Both the position numbers and the translations under genes were made by a program. Shown here piece after piece: positions 11,246-22,792 of a stretch of DNA of 64,000 bases. Source of the stretch: Obrimoposthia wandeli (lineage: Eukaryota); NCBI GenBank assembly GCA_977020255.1, contig CDROCS010005369.1:1-64000 (forward strand), read 5' to 3'. Each line of letters opens with the position of its first letter. Within the stretch, counting starts at the first letter, position 1. Below the pieces are notes generated by a model. That model had not been told where the DNA came from, did not search any database, and was given only the letters and a program-made list of their open reading frames with translations.

Positions 11246-11755
11246 TAACGGTAGCTTGTACTCAACAGCATCTTTGACTTCACCATTAAGATCCGAATAA
11301 TCTGCAATGTACTTAATCTTGCTGAAACCATTGCGTTCAAGTACTTTTTGTGAGCCTAAATTGCTGCATAGAACCACTGCTGTCAAAGAATTCAACTTAG
11401 TCTCCGAGATTAAATATTCGACCAACTTATCGACCGCTTTTGACGCAATACCTTTAGAGGTAAATTGTTCACCTATGCGATAGCCTAGCTCACCAGAACA
11501 TGTGTCAGTTTCAACTCGATGAACGTTGATCCGGCCACAAATTTCATTAGAATCACTACGGATAAGCATTGGATACATCTCACCTTTGGTATGCAGTGAT
11601 AAATACTCGGAAATCTGCTCTCTCACACCTTGCGGAGTGTAGAAGGAGTCATCACGCGGCGGAACATGTTGCTCAAACCAAGAGCGATTAGTCAATTCAA
11701 AAGCTAAAAGCGAATCAACGTCTTCTAAGGAAATTGACTCAATTGATATATTCAT
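11240..11755 (-). CDS. GNAT N-acetyltransferase, RimJ/RimL family
   Basis: GELGYRIGEQFTSKGIASKAV, NLGSQKVLERNGF. Confidence 0.9.
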   Translation of the reverse strand: MNISIESISLEDVDSLLAFELTNRSWFEQHVPPRDDSFYTPQGVREQISEYLSLHTKGEMYPMLIRSDSNEICGRINVHRVETDTCSGELGYRIGEQFTSKGIASKAVDKLVEYLISETKLNSLTAVVLCSNLGSQKVLERNGFSKIKYIADYSDLNGEVKDAVEYKLPLP

Positions 11756-12103
11756 TTTAGTTACCTTAAGCTCTGTATAGGAGGACGTCTCAAATCACCA
11801 AATCCATTCACCATTTAAAATGACATTTCATCCATTGAAAATAATCATTATATCAGCAATTTTTTATTGTCTGTTTCTAAAGGTCGAGACTGCTTTCACC
11901 AACATACCAATAACACTGTATAAAATCATCCTATCTAATCGTTTTATTAGAGCATAAATATGATCAACTCAGTTGGTAAATTTGCATGATAAAATGTATG
12001 GGAAATAGACATAATCATATTGTGAATGAGTAGAAAATCTAACAAGGAAAGGGGCAGAAATGAGCCAGCTGTGACCCCGAGTAAAAACACACAAAGAGTG
12101 TAA

Positions 12104-12131
12104 TTGACTCCTTTGGCAAATCTCGTATAAT
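12104..12131 (+). promoter_or_regulatory. Near-consensus sigma70 promoter
   Basis: TTGACT-16 bp-TATAAT upstream of the 12192 ORF. Confidence 0.65.
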
Positions 12132-12191
12132 AACAAAAGCGTCAAAATGACCCGTTGCGTGAATTATATCTATTGAAATAGGGAGTTGATC

Positions 12192-13346
12192 ATGAATAAG
12201 CCATTTAGCAACCACACCGACATTGATACTGTCACTAATTTAGCGGCTGAAGTGCGCCTTTACCTTGGCGTGAATACTATTCAATTTGCGGAAATGCTCG
12301 GAACTACGAGGAAAGTCGTTGCGGCTATGGAAGCGGATCCCGACAATGTTCCTTTATTAAAGAAGAACAGTCTACTAGGGGTGCTTTATCGCTATCACGA
12401 TAAAGTGAACGTATTGAGCGTACCATTGCAAGAATACAGTGACGAAAAAATCTCATCCCGTAATGAAATGTGTAGCACCACTGCTGTTATTGCTCTAACT
12501 GATAAGTGGGAAGCTGACTTTATCGAGGATAACCTTAACACCATCGATTACAGGCCTGCTTTAATAATTAAATATGATGACGATGGTGGCGGTTATTACC
12601 GTGACGCTTATGAGAGAGCTCAAGCTCTGTTTGATTATATCAAAGACTCTAGCGACATGTTCCACCTGCTTGTTGAACACATAATCGGCCCACGTTTGTG
12701 TGAGCATATTCACCTGAACAAAGTTATGGGAGACATCATCGCGCTTCGTGAATCTCGAAGGAGCAAACGTCCTCAATCATTGATATTTTCTCGCAGAGAT
12801 ACTAAGCATTTAATACGGTATGAGCCTAAGTTAAGGAGTGGTAAGACTGTTGAGGTTAAAGTGTCATTTCTTATCAAAAGTGGTATCGATCATTACAGCG
12901 AGATGAAGGTTAATAGACAGCATTATGAGAGGTTCAAAAGTGATGAGCATGCTGAAGTAAGTTGTTTAATCCCCAGTTATGCACACGTTTTAGGTAGGCA
13001 GCAACATTTCCGACTATCCAGTATTTCATTAGATGATCTGGATGACAGTGAGCAGGATGCTTTTCTTCCGTTCATTAATAACTATAACGATTATTTGCTG
13101 TTCGTATTGAAACGCATCACCGCATTAGTGGTTGCTGTCTATGGTAAACGTATTTTGGCGAGATCGAAGACGATAGTCGATAACTATACGTCAAATAATA
13201 GTCCGATAGATAACAGTAGCCTAATGAAGTTATTAGTTTCTATAAGGGGTGAGGTGACCTCCGTTCTCCTTCAAACTGGTAAAGAGCTCAACCAGAACTT
13301 TGATGGTATTCTGCCGGTAAAGTTACAAAAAGATTTGGAAAAATAA
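12192..13346 (+). CDS. Hypothetical protein with N-terminal XRE-like helix-turn-helix
   Basis: GGGAG RBS then ATG 12192; EVRLYLGVNTIQFAEMLGTTRKVVAAME fits an XRE HTH pattern; remainder unrecognised. Confidence 0.6.
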   Translation: MNKPFSNHTDIDTVTNLAAEVRLYLGVNTIQFAEMLGTTRKVVAAMEADPDNVPLLKKNSLLGVLYRYHDKVNVLSVPLQEYSDEKISSRNEMCSTTAVIALTDKWEADFIEDNLNTIDYRPALIIKYDDDGGGYYRDAYERAQALFDYIKDSSDMFHLLVEHIIGPRLCEHIHLNKVMGDIIALRESRRSKRPQSLIFSRRDTKHLIRYEPKLRSGKTVEVKVSFLIKSGIDHYSEMKVNRQHYERFKSDEHAEVSCLIPSYAHVLGRQQHFRLSSISLDDLDDSEQDAFLPFINNYNDYLLFVLKRITALVVAVYGKRILARSKTIVDNYTSNNSPIDNSSLMKLLVSIRGEVTSVLLQTGKELNQNFDGILPVKLQKDLEK

Positions 13347-13436
13347 TTAAAATTGATGTAAAAGATCAGAGTGGTATTGCCCCACAGAAATAGGTTGGTA
13401 GTGTAGCTATTTTGGCATTTTTTCGAACTGAAGTTT

Positions 13437-13467
13437 AGGCTAGACGAATAATTCATTCGTCTAGCCT
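13437..13467. terminator. 13-bp inverted repeat between convergent genes
   Basis: AGGCTAGACGAAT-aattc-ATTCGTCTAGCCT. Confidence 0.55.
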
Positions 13468-13644
13468 CTATTAATTTCTAAATCACCATTAATGTACTCA
13501 GATTAGAAAATGTCAGTCAAGCGAACTCAAAGATAAACTTGAACTTACTGAAGTGTAACTTGGAAAGGGGCATAAACGAGTTAGAGTTTTAAGGATTAAT
13601 AGCCTGGTTGATTCCAATTTTTAAAACAGCAGAAATCGCACGAA

Positions 13645-13881
13645 TTATTGAAATTCGTCACCCAAATTTTCTAGTCTTTTATGACCACATTTTTTACATA
13701 CCACGTATCTATCAATTAGATCTAACGATGCACCTAGTGGACTGCCTACACCGCCAAAAAAGCCGGAAAGGAAAGCTTTAAACTGCTCTTTTTTGCTTTT
13801 CCCGTACTTTGAAGGCTTCTGTTTAATCACTTCTTTATGCTCAGTTTCTTCGCCGCAATGTTCACAAAATTGCTTTAACAT
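13645..13881 (-). CDS. Small zinc-ribbon-like hypothetical protein
   Basis: 78 aa; CEHC and CKKC pairs; GGAG RBS upstream. Confidence 0.65.
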   Translation of the reverse strand: MLKQFCEHCGEETEHKEVIKQKPSKYGKSKKEQFKAFLSGFFGGVGSPLGASLDLIDRYVVCKKCGHKRLENLGDEFQ

Positions 13882-14152
13882 TATTTATTCTCCCATCGAC
13901 AACTATTTTTAATTTACTATCGTCTAATAGAATAACCTTAACACATAAACTCCCCCAAATGGGTACTGCCATAACGTAAAAACAGCTTACCGAAGCGTAT
14001 TAACACAACACCTTATTGCCACACTCGTAACGAAAAAAACCAGCGGACAACGTCTTCTTTTCACAAAAAGAACATCATCCGCTGGCTTTAATTTACTCTA
14101 TTTTGTTATATCGGTTTCTTTAAATAAGAAAGCATTACAACATGATCGAACC

Positions 14153-15043
14153 CTAGCCTTTCACACCACCAGACGTTAAGCCACCAACTAACCAGCGTTG
14201 TGCTAATAAGAATACAGCTGTAATAGGTAATGCTGACAACACAGCAGCTGCTGCAAAGTCACCCCACAGATAGTTTTGTGGATACAAGTACTGCTGCATG
14301 CCCACAGCCAAGGTATAGCCATTCACATCCGATAATAACAGCGATGCCACTGGCACTTCCGTTACTGCACCAATAAATGACAGAATGAATACTACCGCTA
14401 AAATAGGCACCGACAGTGGTAATAATACCAAACGGAATGCTTGCCAAGGCGTTGCGCCATCCAATGCAGCGGCCTCTTCTAATGAACCATCAATCGACTC
14501 GAAATAGCCTTTAATAGTCCATACATGCAAGGCAATACCGCCGAGATAAGCAAAGATCAAACCGCCGTGGGTATTCAGTCCTAAGAACGGAATATACTGA
14601 CCTAACTTATCAAATAAAGCATACAAGGCGACCAACGCCAGCACTGCTGGAAACATCTGGAAGATCATCATCGCTTTAAGAATAGTTTCTTTACCGCTGA
14701 AACGTAAACGAGCAAATGCATAAGCCGAGGTCGTTGATAGTGCAACAACTAAGATAGAAGTGATCCCTGCCACTTTAACCGAATTCCATAACCACAGTAG
14801 TACCGGGAATGGAGGCGGAGTGACAGAACCATCAGCATTAGTCACCGAAAAACCGAGGGCTAAACGCCAGTGGTCCAGTGACGGTGCCGAAGGGATAATC
14901 TCCCCTGTGGCGAAGTTACCATCACGAAATGAGATAGCAATAACCATAACCAGCGGAAATAGAATGACCACCAGCAGGGCGATAAGTGCGAAATGTGCAG
15001 CCCACACTCGGTATTTTAATGAGTTACCTTGTACCATTGCCAT
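14153..15043 (-). CDS. malG: Maltose ABC transporter permease MalG
   Basis: [12 protein letters not shown] start, [14 protein letters not shown] loop, 296 aa. Confidence 0.97.
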   Translation of the reverse strand: MAMVQGNSLKYRVWAAHFALIALLVVILFPLVMVIAISFRDGNFATGEIIPSAPSLDHWRLALGFSVTNADGSVTPPPFPVLLWLWNSVKVAGITSILVVALSTTSAYAFARLRFSGKETILKAMMIFQMFPAVLALVALYALFDKLGQYIPFLGLNTHGGLIFAYLGGIALHVWTIKGYFESIDGSLEEAAALDGATPWQAFRLVLLPLSVPILAVVFILSFIGAVTEVPVASLLLSDVNGYTLAVGMQQYLYPQNYLWGDFAAAAVLSALPITAVFLLAQRWLVGGLTSGGVKG

Positions 15044-15068
15044 AATATGGCTCCTTATTTTACGCTGG

Positions 15069-16667
15069 CTATTTTTCTGACAGCTTAGCGAAACGAAGAT
15101 TGAATAATGCGAGACCACCGACCAATAGGAAAATAAGCGTGGTAATTGCACTGGCTAAACCAAAGTCCTGACCACCAGAACCTTCAAAGGCGATGCGGTA
15201 GGTATAACTGACTAACAGATCCGTATAACCGGCTGGTTCACTTGTACCGATCATATTTGGTCCACCTTTCGTTAATAACTGGATCATCACGAAGTTATTA
15301 AAGTTGAAAGCAAAACTAGCAATCATTAAAGGAGCTAACGGTTTCACCATCATTGGTAAGGTAATATTTTTAAAGTTTTGCAGTGGGCCTGCGCCATCCA
15401 GTGCCGATGCTTCATACAGATCATCTGGAATAGCTTTTAACATCCCCATACATAGAATCATCATGTAAGGGAAACCGAGCCAGATATTAACAATTAACAC
15501 CATGACTTTTGCTGATAAAGGATCAGAGAACCAAGTTGGTGAAATGCCAAATAATGCATCCAAAACGAGGTTAATCTCACCAAAGCTCTGGTTGAACAAC
15601 CCTTTGAAGATCAAGATAGAGATGAATGAAGGTACCGCATATGGCAATATTAGCAACATACGATAAACCGCACGTCCGCGCAGCGCTTCCCATTGCACCA
15701 AACTGGCCAAAATCAAACCAATAATCAAACTGATACCCACAGATAATACTGAAAATATCACGGTCCAGATAAAGATACTGACAAACGGTTCTTTAATGCC
15801 GTCATCTTTCCAAATCCGTTCAAAGTTAGCTGTACCAATCACGACACTAAAACCCGGAGATACCGGAGCACCGATATAATTACCCGCCCCGTCGATGGTT
15901 TGATAAAAACCAGTTTCCATATTTGGTAACAAAACTTCTTGGCTTTGGTTATTGATTAAAGTAGTGCCGTCTTTACTCAAGTTATACAGCGGTTTTACAG
16001 CAGCAAATTTACGTAATCCGCTCATGCGGATCTCATTACCATTTGGTAAAGTTAGATCAAATTTTGTTAATGTTGTACGGTTAGTGACAATCTCTTTTAT
16101 CTTTGCTTTTGTTCCAGTTATGGCATCGATAGGGCTAAGATCAAAACGCAGTGTCGCTGGCGTAGTCAGATCAAAAGTATCTGTCACTAAGAGTTGCTCA
16201 CCGTCTTTAACGGCTAATCGATAACCTTCTTCGCTGCGATACAGATCAAAACGGTAACTATCGCCACTTTGGAAAGTGCGATCTAACAGTACTGACTGAG
16301 CCCGTTCAAACGACAACTGGTTTGTCGCACTGTAATTGGTAAAAGCGATACCGACGGTATAAACCAAAGGGAAAATGATAAACAAGATCATCCCAGCGAT
16401 ACCCGGAAAGATATAACGGTGTGCGTAAGTTTTTTTACTGCCAAAAATAAACAGCCCTAACAACGTTAAGACTAGCGTTAATACGGCAAACGACGTTTCT
16501 CCATTTGCGTACATAATAACGGCCGCATAACCATTAACTAAACCGATAAGGCTAAGAATAAACCACTTAATAAAACGCGAAGAATTTGATGTTGAATCGA
16601 CTTGTGCTGAAGTCTGTTCTGATTCCGGTGTATCACCCAGAATTTCTGATACTGTAACGGTCTGCAT
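15069..16667 (-). CDS. malF: Maltose ABC transporter permease MalF
   Basis: [14 protein letters not shown] periplasmic P2 loop, [14 protein letters not shown] motif. Confidence 0.97.
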   Translation of the reverse strand: MQTVTVSEILGDTPESEQTSAQVDSTSNSSRFIKWFILSLIGLVNGYAAVIMYANGETSFAVLTLVLTLLGLFIFGSKKTYAHRYIFPGIAGMILFIIFPLVYTVGIAFTNYSATNQLSFERAQSVLLDRTFQSGDSYRFDLYRSEEGYRLAVKDGEQLLVTDTFDLTTPATLRFDLSPIDAITGTKAKIKEIVTNRTTLTKFDLTLPNGNEIRMSGLRKFAAVKPLYNLSKDGTTLINNQSQEVLLPNMETGFYQTIDGAGNYIGAPVSPGFSVVIGTANFERIWKDDGIKEPFVSIFIWTVIFSVLSVGISLIIGLILASLVQWEALRGRAVYRMLLILPYAVPSFISILIFKGLFNQSFGEINLVLDALFGISPTWFSDPLSAKVMVLIVNIWLGFPYMMILCMGMLKAIPDDLYEASALDGAGPLQNFKNITLPMMVKPLAPLMIASFAFNFNNFVMIQLLTKGGPNMIGTSEPAGYTDLLVSYTYRIAFEGSGGQDFGLASAITTLIFLLVGGLALFNLRFAKLSEK

Positions 16668-16752
16668 GGAAGAACCTACCTAATAAATAGCAAGAGGAGG
16701 GAGTTACCGCTCCTCATATTTAATTACTTGTATTACTTTTATTACTAAGCGA

Positions 16753-17931
16753 TCACTTAGTCATCTGTTTTTCGGCATCATTTAATGCATCAGTAATAGA
16801 TTGGCGACCATCAACAATATTAATAAGCGCATTATTGGTTGCACCCCAGAACGCATTCATTTGCGGAATATTGGGCATGATTTCACCATTCATCGCATTT
16901 TTCATGGTCGCCGCAATACGAGAATCACCGTCCAGCTCTTTTTGGAACGATTTAAGCGCAACAGCACCAAGTGGCTTATCATTGTTTACTTGTTTCAGAC
17001 CTTCATTTGTCATCAAGTAGTTTTCAAGGAACTCAACGGCAAGATCTTTGTTTGGCGACGCAGTACTAATACCAGCTGTAAGTACACCGACAAAAGGCTT
17101 AGAAGGGTTACCGTTAAATTTAGGTAATTCCACAACACCATAATTAAGACCAGATTTTTCTACGTTACCCCATGCCCACGGACCATTGATCGTCATCGCA
17201 ACATTGCCTTTGTTAAACTCTGATTCAGATACTGAGTAATCCATATCTGGTGAGATAACGCCATCTTTGATCAGATTAGTAATCAGTTGCATGCTGTTGT
17301 GCACGCCTTTATTATTAATACCGACATCTGTCACATCGTAACCAGTCGCATTAACTTTAAATGCATAACCACCGTCAGCAGCCATGAGTGGCCAGGTGAA
17401 ATAAGGGCCTTTTAGATCCCACATGATAGCCGATTTACCTTGGGTTTTAAGTTGCTTGTCTAAAGCTGCAATGTCTTCCCAATTCTTCGGTGGCGTTTTA
17501 ACTAAATCTTTATTATAAATAAGTGACAGTGACTCAACCGCGACAGGGTAACCAACGTATTTACCTTCATATTTAACCGCGTCCCACGTGAAATCAACTA
17601 AACTATTTTTAAATTCTTTTGAAGGTTTTACTTCAGCTAATAAACCCGCTTTAGCATACCCACCAAAACGGTCATGAGCCCAAAAAATAATATCTGGACC
17701 ATCGCCAGTAGCCGCTACTTGCGCAAATTTGTCTTGTAAGCCATCTGGATGGGCAACAGTGACCTTGATACCTGTATCAGCTTCAAACTGCTTACCTACT
17801 TCAGCAAGACCGTTGTAACCTTTATCACCGTTAATCCAAATCGTTAACTGACCTTCTTCAATAGCAGCAAAGGCCGAAAAAGAGTTCATTGCAGTTAATA
17901 GCGCTACAGCCGTTAAGGTTTTTTTCATCAT
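16753..17931 (-). CDS. malE: Maltose/maltodextrin-binding protein MalE
   Basis: [49 protein letters not shown]. Confidence 0.98.
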   Translation of the reverse strand: MMKKTLTAVALLTAMNSFSAFAAIEEGQLTIWINGDKGYNGLAEVGKQFEADTGIKVTVAHPDGLQDKFAQVAATGDGPDIIFWAHDRFGGYAKAGLLAEVKPSKEFKNSLVDFTWDAVKYEGKYVGYPVAVESLSLIYNKDLVKTPPKNWEDIAALDKQLKTQGKSAIMWDLKGPYFTWPLMAADGGYAFKVNATGYDVTDVGINNKGVHNSMQLITNLIKDGVISPDMDYSVSESEFNKGNVAMTINGPWAWGNVEKSGLNYGVVELPKFNGNPSKPFVGVLTAGISTASPNKDLAVEFLENYLMTNEGLKQVNNDKPLGAVALKSFQKELDGDSRIAATMKNAMNGEIMPNIPQMNAFWGATNNALINIVDGRQSITDALNDAEKQMTK

Positions 17932-18325
17932 TTTATATCCTTATTAAATTAGCTTTCAAACTTACCAGACAAGCTGTCTGCGTTGGATGGTATAGTCATA
18001 CAAAAACCCACTCCCAACATCATCCTTTACCCTACGCCTAGCCTCTGCAAAGCCAAAAGCGTGAACTGGCACGATTAATATGACTTAGTTGCGCAAGAAA
18101 GGCGATAAAAATGCGATGGCTCGCACACTAACGAGCAACAAAGTACCCATTTAGAGTGATAATAAAGCAACAATAAATAAAATGTGATCTATGCACTCCT
18201 CCTATCTACTCCGCCCTAAAATTTTTTAGCAAGGATGATGCAGCTAGAGGTCATATAAAACACACTACCAACATCGAAAAATACTGTGTAAGATATTCTA
18301 ATTAGTCATAAAAAGGACTCGCGAG
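17932..18325. promoter_or_regulatory. Divergent malE-malK control region with MalT boxes and a CRP-like site
   Basis: TCATCC 18020-18025, TCCTCC 18197-18202, GGATGA 18233-18238; TGCGA-N6-GCACA 18112-18127. Confidence 0.7.
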
Positions 18326-19435
18326 ATGGCAACTGTCACGTTAAAAAATGTATGTAAAGCCTATGATGATGTACTTATTTCTAAAAACGTAGACCTCGAA
18401 ATAAATGATGGTGAATTTGTCGTTTTCGTTGGTCCGTCAGGTTGCGGTAAATCAACCCTGTTACGTTGTATTGCTGGGCTTGAAGATATCACCTCGGGTG
18501 ATTTATTTATTGGCGGAAAACGCATGAATGATGTCGAACCCTCTAAACGTGGTGTCGGTATGGTTTTCCAATCTTATGCGCTTTACCCACACTTAGATTT
18601 AACCGATAACATGTCGTTTGGCTTAAAATTAGCAAAAGCAGATAAACAGTTAATTAAAGATCGCGTGAAGCATGCTGCCGATATTCTGCAACTCACGCCG
18701 CTATTAGATCGTAAACCCAAGTCATTATCAGGTGGTCAACGTCAACGAGTGGCAATTGGCCGTACGTTAGTATCCCAACCTGAAGTGTTTCTGTTAGATG
18801 AACCGCTATCAAATTTAGATGCGGCACTGCGCGTTAAAATGCGGATTGAATTGGCCAAATTGCACAAGCAATTAGGTTGCACGATGATCTACGTAACGCA
18901 TGATCAAGTTGAAGCTATGACCATGGCCGATAAAATAGTGGTACTCGATGGGGGTGATGTGGCACAGGTCGGCGCACCATTGGATATCTATCATTACCCG
19001 CAGAATATTTTTGTGGCCGGTTTTATTGGCTCACCCAAAATGAATTTCATTAACGTGCACATTCAATCTGTAGAAGCGCAACGTGTGGAAGTATTGTTAC
19101 CGAATTGCCAAAGTATATGGATCCCTGTTGATGGTAAAACCGTTAATGCGGGTGATGAAATGACCCTCGGTATTCGCCCAGAACATTTAGTCGCGGTTGA
19201 ACAAGCTGATATCGTGATTGCTGGTGAAACCATTGTGGTAGAAAAATTAGGTAATGAAACCCAAGTTTATTTACACATTGAAGGCTGTGATGAAGATGTT
19301 ATTTATCGTGTTGCTGATACGCTGTCAATTGAAGCTGGCGATAAAATAGATATTGGTATTCCAGCACACCGTTGCCACTTGTTCCATAAAGATGGCCAAG
19401 CTTGTCAGCGTTTATATAAAGAAACTACGCGTTAA
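18326..19435 (+). CDS. malK: Maltose ABC transporter ATPase MalK
   Basis: GPSGCGKST Walker [10 protein letters not shown] signature, [11 protein letters not shown]. Confidence 0.97.
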   Translation: MATVTLKNVCKAYDDVLISKNVDLEINDGEFVVFVGPSGCGKSTLLRCIAGLEDITSGDLFIGGKRMNDVEPSKRGVGMVFQSYALYPHLDLTDNMSFGLKLAKADKQLIKDRVKHAADILQLTPLLDRKPKSLSGGQRQRVAIGRTLVSQPEVFLLDEPLSNLDAALRVKMRIELAKLHKQLGCTMIYVTHDQVEAMTMADKIVVLDGGDVAQVGAPLDIYHYPQNIFVAGFIGSPKMNFINVHIQSVEAQRVEVLLPNCQSIWIPVDGKTVNAGDEMTLGIRPEHLVAVEQADIVIAGETIVVEKLGNETQVYLHIEGCDEDVIYRVADTLSIEAGDKIDIGIPAHRCHLFHKDGQACQRLYKETTR

Positions 19436-19540
19436 TTACTTGAATCTAGCAGCCATAAAGATGAAGCAGAAACGGCTGTAATGCACTTAAATACCAATGC
19501 TGTTTTAGTTATCTAAAGCAGCGTTGGTCATCCTGCGGTG

Positions 19541-19933
19541 TTAAAAAATCTTCGCTGCTTCGGCTTCAATTTCAACTTTCCAGTGTTCGTCAAATAGACC
19601 ATTTACAAACAACAATGTGGTTGGTAGTCCACCGACATCAAAAGGTAATTTTTTCTTTGCAGCTTGATACCCAGACATGTCATCACGATTAATCAAATAC
19701 AGCCTTACACTCGTTAAATCTCCCATATCCATTTGGTTAGCCTGAAGCACCGCTCTCACATTTTGCCAAGCTAATACAATTTGATCTTCTGCGCTTTGGG
19801 CTAGATTACCATCGATGTCTATACCCAATTGTCCAGCAATATGTAATCGGGTTGAACCAGCTGGAATCAAAGCACATTGATGATAATTTGCGGCAGGGAG
19901 TGCTACCGATTTAGGGCTCCAGATCTTATTCAT
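19541..19933 (-). CDS. RidA/YjgF/YER057c family protein
   Basis: LHIAGQLG, AWQNVRAVLQANQM, VEIEAEAA. Confidence 0.85.
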   Translation of the reverse strand: MNKIWSPKSVALPAANYHQCALIPAGSTRLHIAGQLGIDIDGNLAQSAEDQIVLAWQNVRAVLQANQMDMGDLTSVRLYLINRDDMSGYQAAKKKLPFDVGGLPTTLLFVNGLFDEHWKVEIEAEAAKIF

Positions 19934-20223
19934 TATGCTTCCTTAGACATCATAGTGATCACAGGTGCATCCGTTAACATTGCACCGAGACGATCAAAAT
20001 CACCAATTTGTTTACGCCAATTAATATACTTCTCGAAATGTGCAGGGCTTGTCCATTGCTCATACAGATTAAGCGCGTTATCAGCCTGATCTTTTCGATA
20101 TAAATCAGCTGAGATATTGCCGTCAAAAGTGCGTGTATCAGGTAATATGTCATTAAAAAACTGAATGATATTTGCTGTATTCTCTGATACATGGCTCAGT
20201 GTAAATTGAACTAAAATAGTCAT
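19933..20223 (-). CDS. Antibiotic biosynthesis monooxygenase (ABM) domain protein
   Basis: 96 aa, DTRTFDGNIS..LYEQWTSPAHFEKYINWR; stop overlaps the RidA start. Confidence 0.8.
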   Translation of the reverse strand: MTILVQFTLSHVSENTANIIQFFNDILPDTRTFDGNISADLYRKDQADNALNLYEQWTSPAHFEKYINWRKQIGDFDRLGAMLTDAPVITMMSKEA

Positions 20224-20339
20224 TTTTTTCTCCGTAGATTGGATTTATTGAGGTACGAAGAGAAGTTTACTTGTTTATAAAAATAGATAAATGCAGTAAT
20301 ATTTTACATATAGTTCGATAAGGTAAGACAATAGACACA

Positions 20340-21245
20340 ATGAAAAACGAATTACACCGCATGCAAGTATTCGCCCAAATCGTAGAGTCAGGATCTATAA
20401 CCAAAGCAGCAGACCAACTAGATCTCTCAAAATCAGTAGTCAGCCATCACCTACAAGGGCTTGAGGAATACCTCGATGTGCAATTGATCACTCGGACAAC
20501 ACGCCGCCAATCGTTAACTGATGCAGGAAAACGCTTTTACTTACGATGCTTAGAAATACGTAAACTGATGGCATTAGCAGAAGAAGAGGTTCGAGAATCT
20601 TGTAGCGACTTTGCTGGCACCATTACCGTTACGTCTCCCCATACATTAATGACACACCTGATTGGCCCTGCTATGTGTGAATTTATGCAAACTCATCCTC
20701 GCATAGAACCTCAATTATTAGCGAATGATCTGCGCCTAAATCTTATTGATAAATACATCGACTTATCAATAACCGTCGGTGAACTGCCTGATTCGACATC
20801 TCGGGCAATAAAACTGGGAGACCTTGAACAAGTGTTGTGCTGTCACCCCCAATATTTGACAAAAAAAGAAATCCAGTTGCCCGTCAATGGTACCGATTTC
20901 ACTCGCTTCGACTACATTGCTAATCAATGGGAAGGCATGAATATCGAAAGAAGTTTTGCTGTTGGTAAAGGTCAAATTCAAACTTATCAGTTCCGAGCAA
21001 ATCGAATCGGGGATAGTGTTCCAACAATTCGAATGATGGCTTTAGCAGGATTGGGAGTGGCTTGCCTACCGAAACAAGCAATCGAAGAAGAGCTACACAG
21101 CAATAAGTTAGTGAGCATCCTACCTAATGATATAAAATTAAAAGCCCCATTTTATGCGGTACACAATTACGGCGAAAAAATGCCCACGAGAATCCGTGCC
21201 TTTATCGATTTCCTAAAAGCACGCACAGGAGCACAAATGTTATAA
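20340..21245 (+). CDS. LysR family transcriptional regulator
   Basis: SITKAADQLDLSKSVVSHHLQGLE..TRTTRRQSLT; divergent from ABM-RidA. Confidence 0.95.
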   Translation: MKNELHRMQVFAQIVESGSITKAADQLDLSKSVVSHHLQGLEEYLDVQLITRTTRRQSLTDAGKRFYLRCLEIRKLMALAEEEVRESCSDFAGTITVTSPHTLMTHLIGPAMCEFMQTHPRIEPQLLANDLRLNLIDKYIDLSITVGELPDSTSRAIKLGDLEQVLCCHPQYLTKKEIQLPVNGTDFTRFDYIANQWEGMNIERSFAVGKGQIQTYQFRANRIGDSVPTIRMMALAGLGVACLPKQAIEEELHSNKLVSILPNDIKLKAPFYAVHNYGEKMPTRIRAFIDFLKARTGAQML

Positions 21246-21257
21246 AGACGACATAAT

Positions 21258-22136
21258 TTAGTCCAGTAACGTGGTTAATTGCTGAGAAAGCCATGTACAA
21301 GCCGGTCCCATACTGCGACTTTTAGAGGTGATGAGATTCACGGGCACAGACCAGGGTTTATGGTCAAAACTCAGTGTTAAGGCATTCAACTTACCTGACT
21401 CAATATCTTTATTCACCAAGTGTTGGGGTAAGAAGCACCAACCAATACCGCTATCAACATAATTGCGCAGCATACTGTGGTTATTGCCCCACCAAACTAA
21501 CGTAGATAGCGCCTCTAAGTGTGCTAACTGATTATTATCTAGCCCTTTCAACATCAATTGTCGATGTGGTATCAATTGTGATGCGGCCACTGTTGTAAGT
21601 GCAGCTAAAGGGTGACTAGGGCACACAACCGCAACAAACGAGACATTACCGATATAACAAATATTAACTTCTTTAACGAATGACATGTCGGTATACATTA
21701 AGCCAATATCAGCCAACCCCTCATTGACTAAGCCCACAATATCAGCGCTAGCAGCAACAAAGACTTCGAGTGATGTGAGTGGGAATTGTGATGAAAACTG
21801 TTCAATAATGACATAAAAGCAGTCTAACTGAAGGCCATCATCTAGGACCAACTTCAGGTTAATTTCTTCTTTATTACTCAGCGCTTTAGATGCACTTTCT
21901 AGTTCATACATTTGCTGCAAAATAGCATCAGCAAAGGTGAGTAAATGCTGGCCTTCTTTGGTCAGTCTGGGTTTACGTGTGGTGCGGTCGAATAGCTGCA
22001 CATTTAAATCGACTTCTAAGTTGGATATACCTTGGCTCACCGCTGATTGCACTTTGCCTAACCGCCTAGCGCAGGCCGAAAAAGAGCCTAATTCCGCGGC
22101 TGTCACAAACATCCTTAATTGCTCAACATTATACAT
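21258..22136 (-). CDS. LysR family transcriptional regulator (AceR-like position)
   Basis: SFSACARRLGKVQSAVSQGISNLE; divergent from the PACE transporter; likely start MYNVEQL. Confidence 0.93.
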   Translation of the reverse strand: MYNVEQLRMFVTAAELGSFSACARRLGKVQSAVSQGISNLEVDLNVQLFDRTTRKPRLTKEGQHLLTFADAILQQMYELESASKALSNKEEINLKLVLDDGLQLDCFYVIIEQFSSQFPLTSLEVFVAASADIVGLVNEGLADIGLMYTDMSFVKEVNICYIGNVSFVAVVCPSHPLAALTTVAASQLIPHRQLMLKGLDNNQLAHLEALSTLVWWGNNHSMLRNYVDSGIGWCFLPQHLVNKDIESGKLNALTLSFDHKPWSVPVNLITSKSRSMGPACTWLSQQLTTLLD

Positions 22137-22225
22137 ACTATCACTAAAACCGATGGTAACTGACTGGATGTCATCATACATAAAGATAGAATGGAACTAT
22201 ATCAATACTTAAACGGAAATATATT

Positions 22226-22648
22226 ATGTTTACAAAAGAACGCATTTTACACAGTCTACTATTTGAAATTATTGCTTTAGCGATACTGCTTATCGCCTCT
22301 AAAATATTTACCCAACAAGACACAACAACAGTCGGAGGAGTGGCGATCACCTTGTCCCTCATTGCCATGGTGTGGAATTATGTCTACAACCTCGGCTTTG
22401 ACAACCTATTCGGTGCAGACCGTTTATCGCGTAAATTAATGATGCGAATAGGCCATGGGATTGGATTTGAAGCGGGTTTAATCTTTGCAACCGTTCCGGT
22501 ACTCATGTGGATTTTACAACTCGATTTCATGACCGTGCTGATCCTTGATCTGGGACTGGTTATGTTCTTCTTAATTTATTCAATTATTTTTAACTGGTGT
22601 TACGACAATACCCGTGAAAAATTAAAGTCGCCCCTAGCTGTCGCCTAA
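22226..22648 (+). CDS. PACE family efflux transporter (AceI-like)
   Basis: RILHSLLFEII, WNYVYNLGFD, RIGHGIGFEAG, FNWCYD repeat architecture. Confidence 0.9.
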   Translation: MFTKERILHSLLFEIIALAILLIASKIFTQQDTTTVGGVAITLSLIAMVWNYVYNLGFDNLFGADRLSRKLMMRIGHGIGFEAGLIFATVPVLMWILQLDFMTVLILDLGLVMFFLIYSIIFNWCYDNTREKLKSPLAVA

Positions 22649-22792
22649 AATAGCCGTTCCAAGGATGGACTTGATACTGACTTCTTAAGGCCTTGTTACT
22701 CTGTGTATATTCGCCTCGATTTTCAATATAAAAGGTGATTATAAAATCGATTGCTACAATTAAGAGCATGCAGCCAATAAAAGGAACTTAGC

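Noticed and set aside
14038-14090. Long nested hairpin after malG
   Set aside because: Adequately explained as the malEFG terminator
18183-18198. TGTGA half-site near malK as a CRP site
   Set aside because: The second half is misaligned by one base
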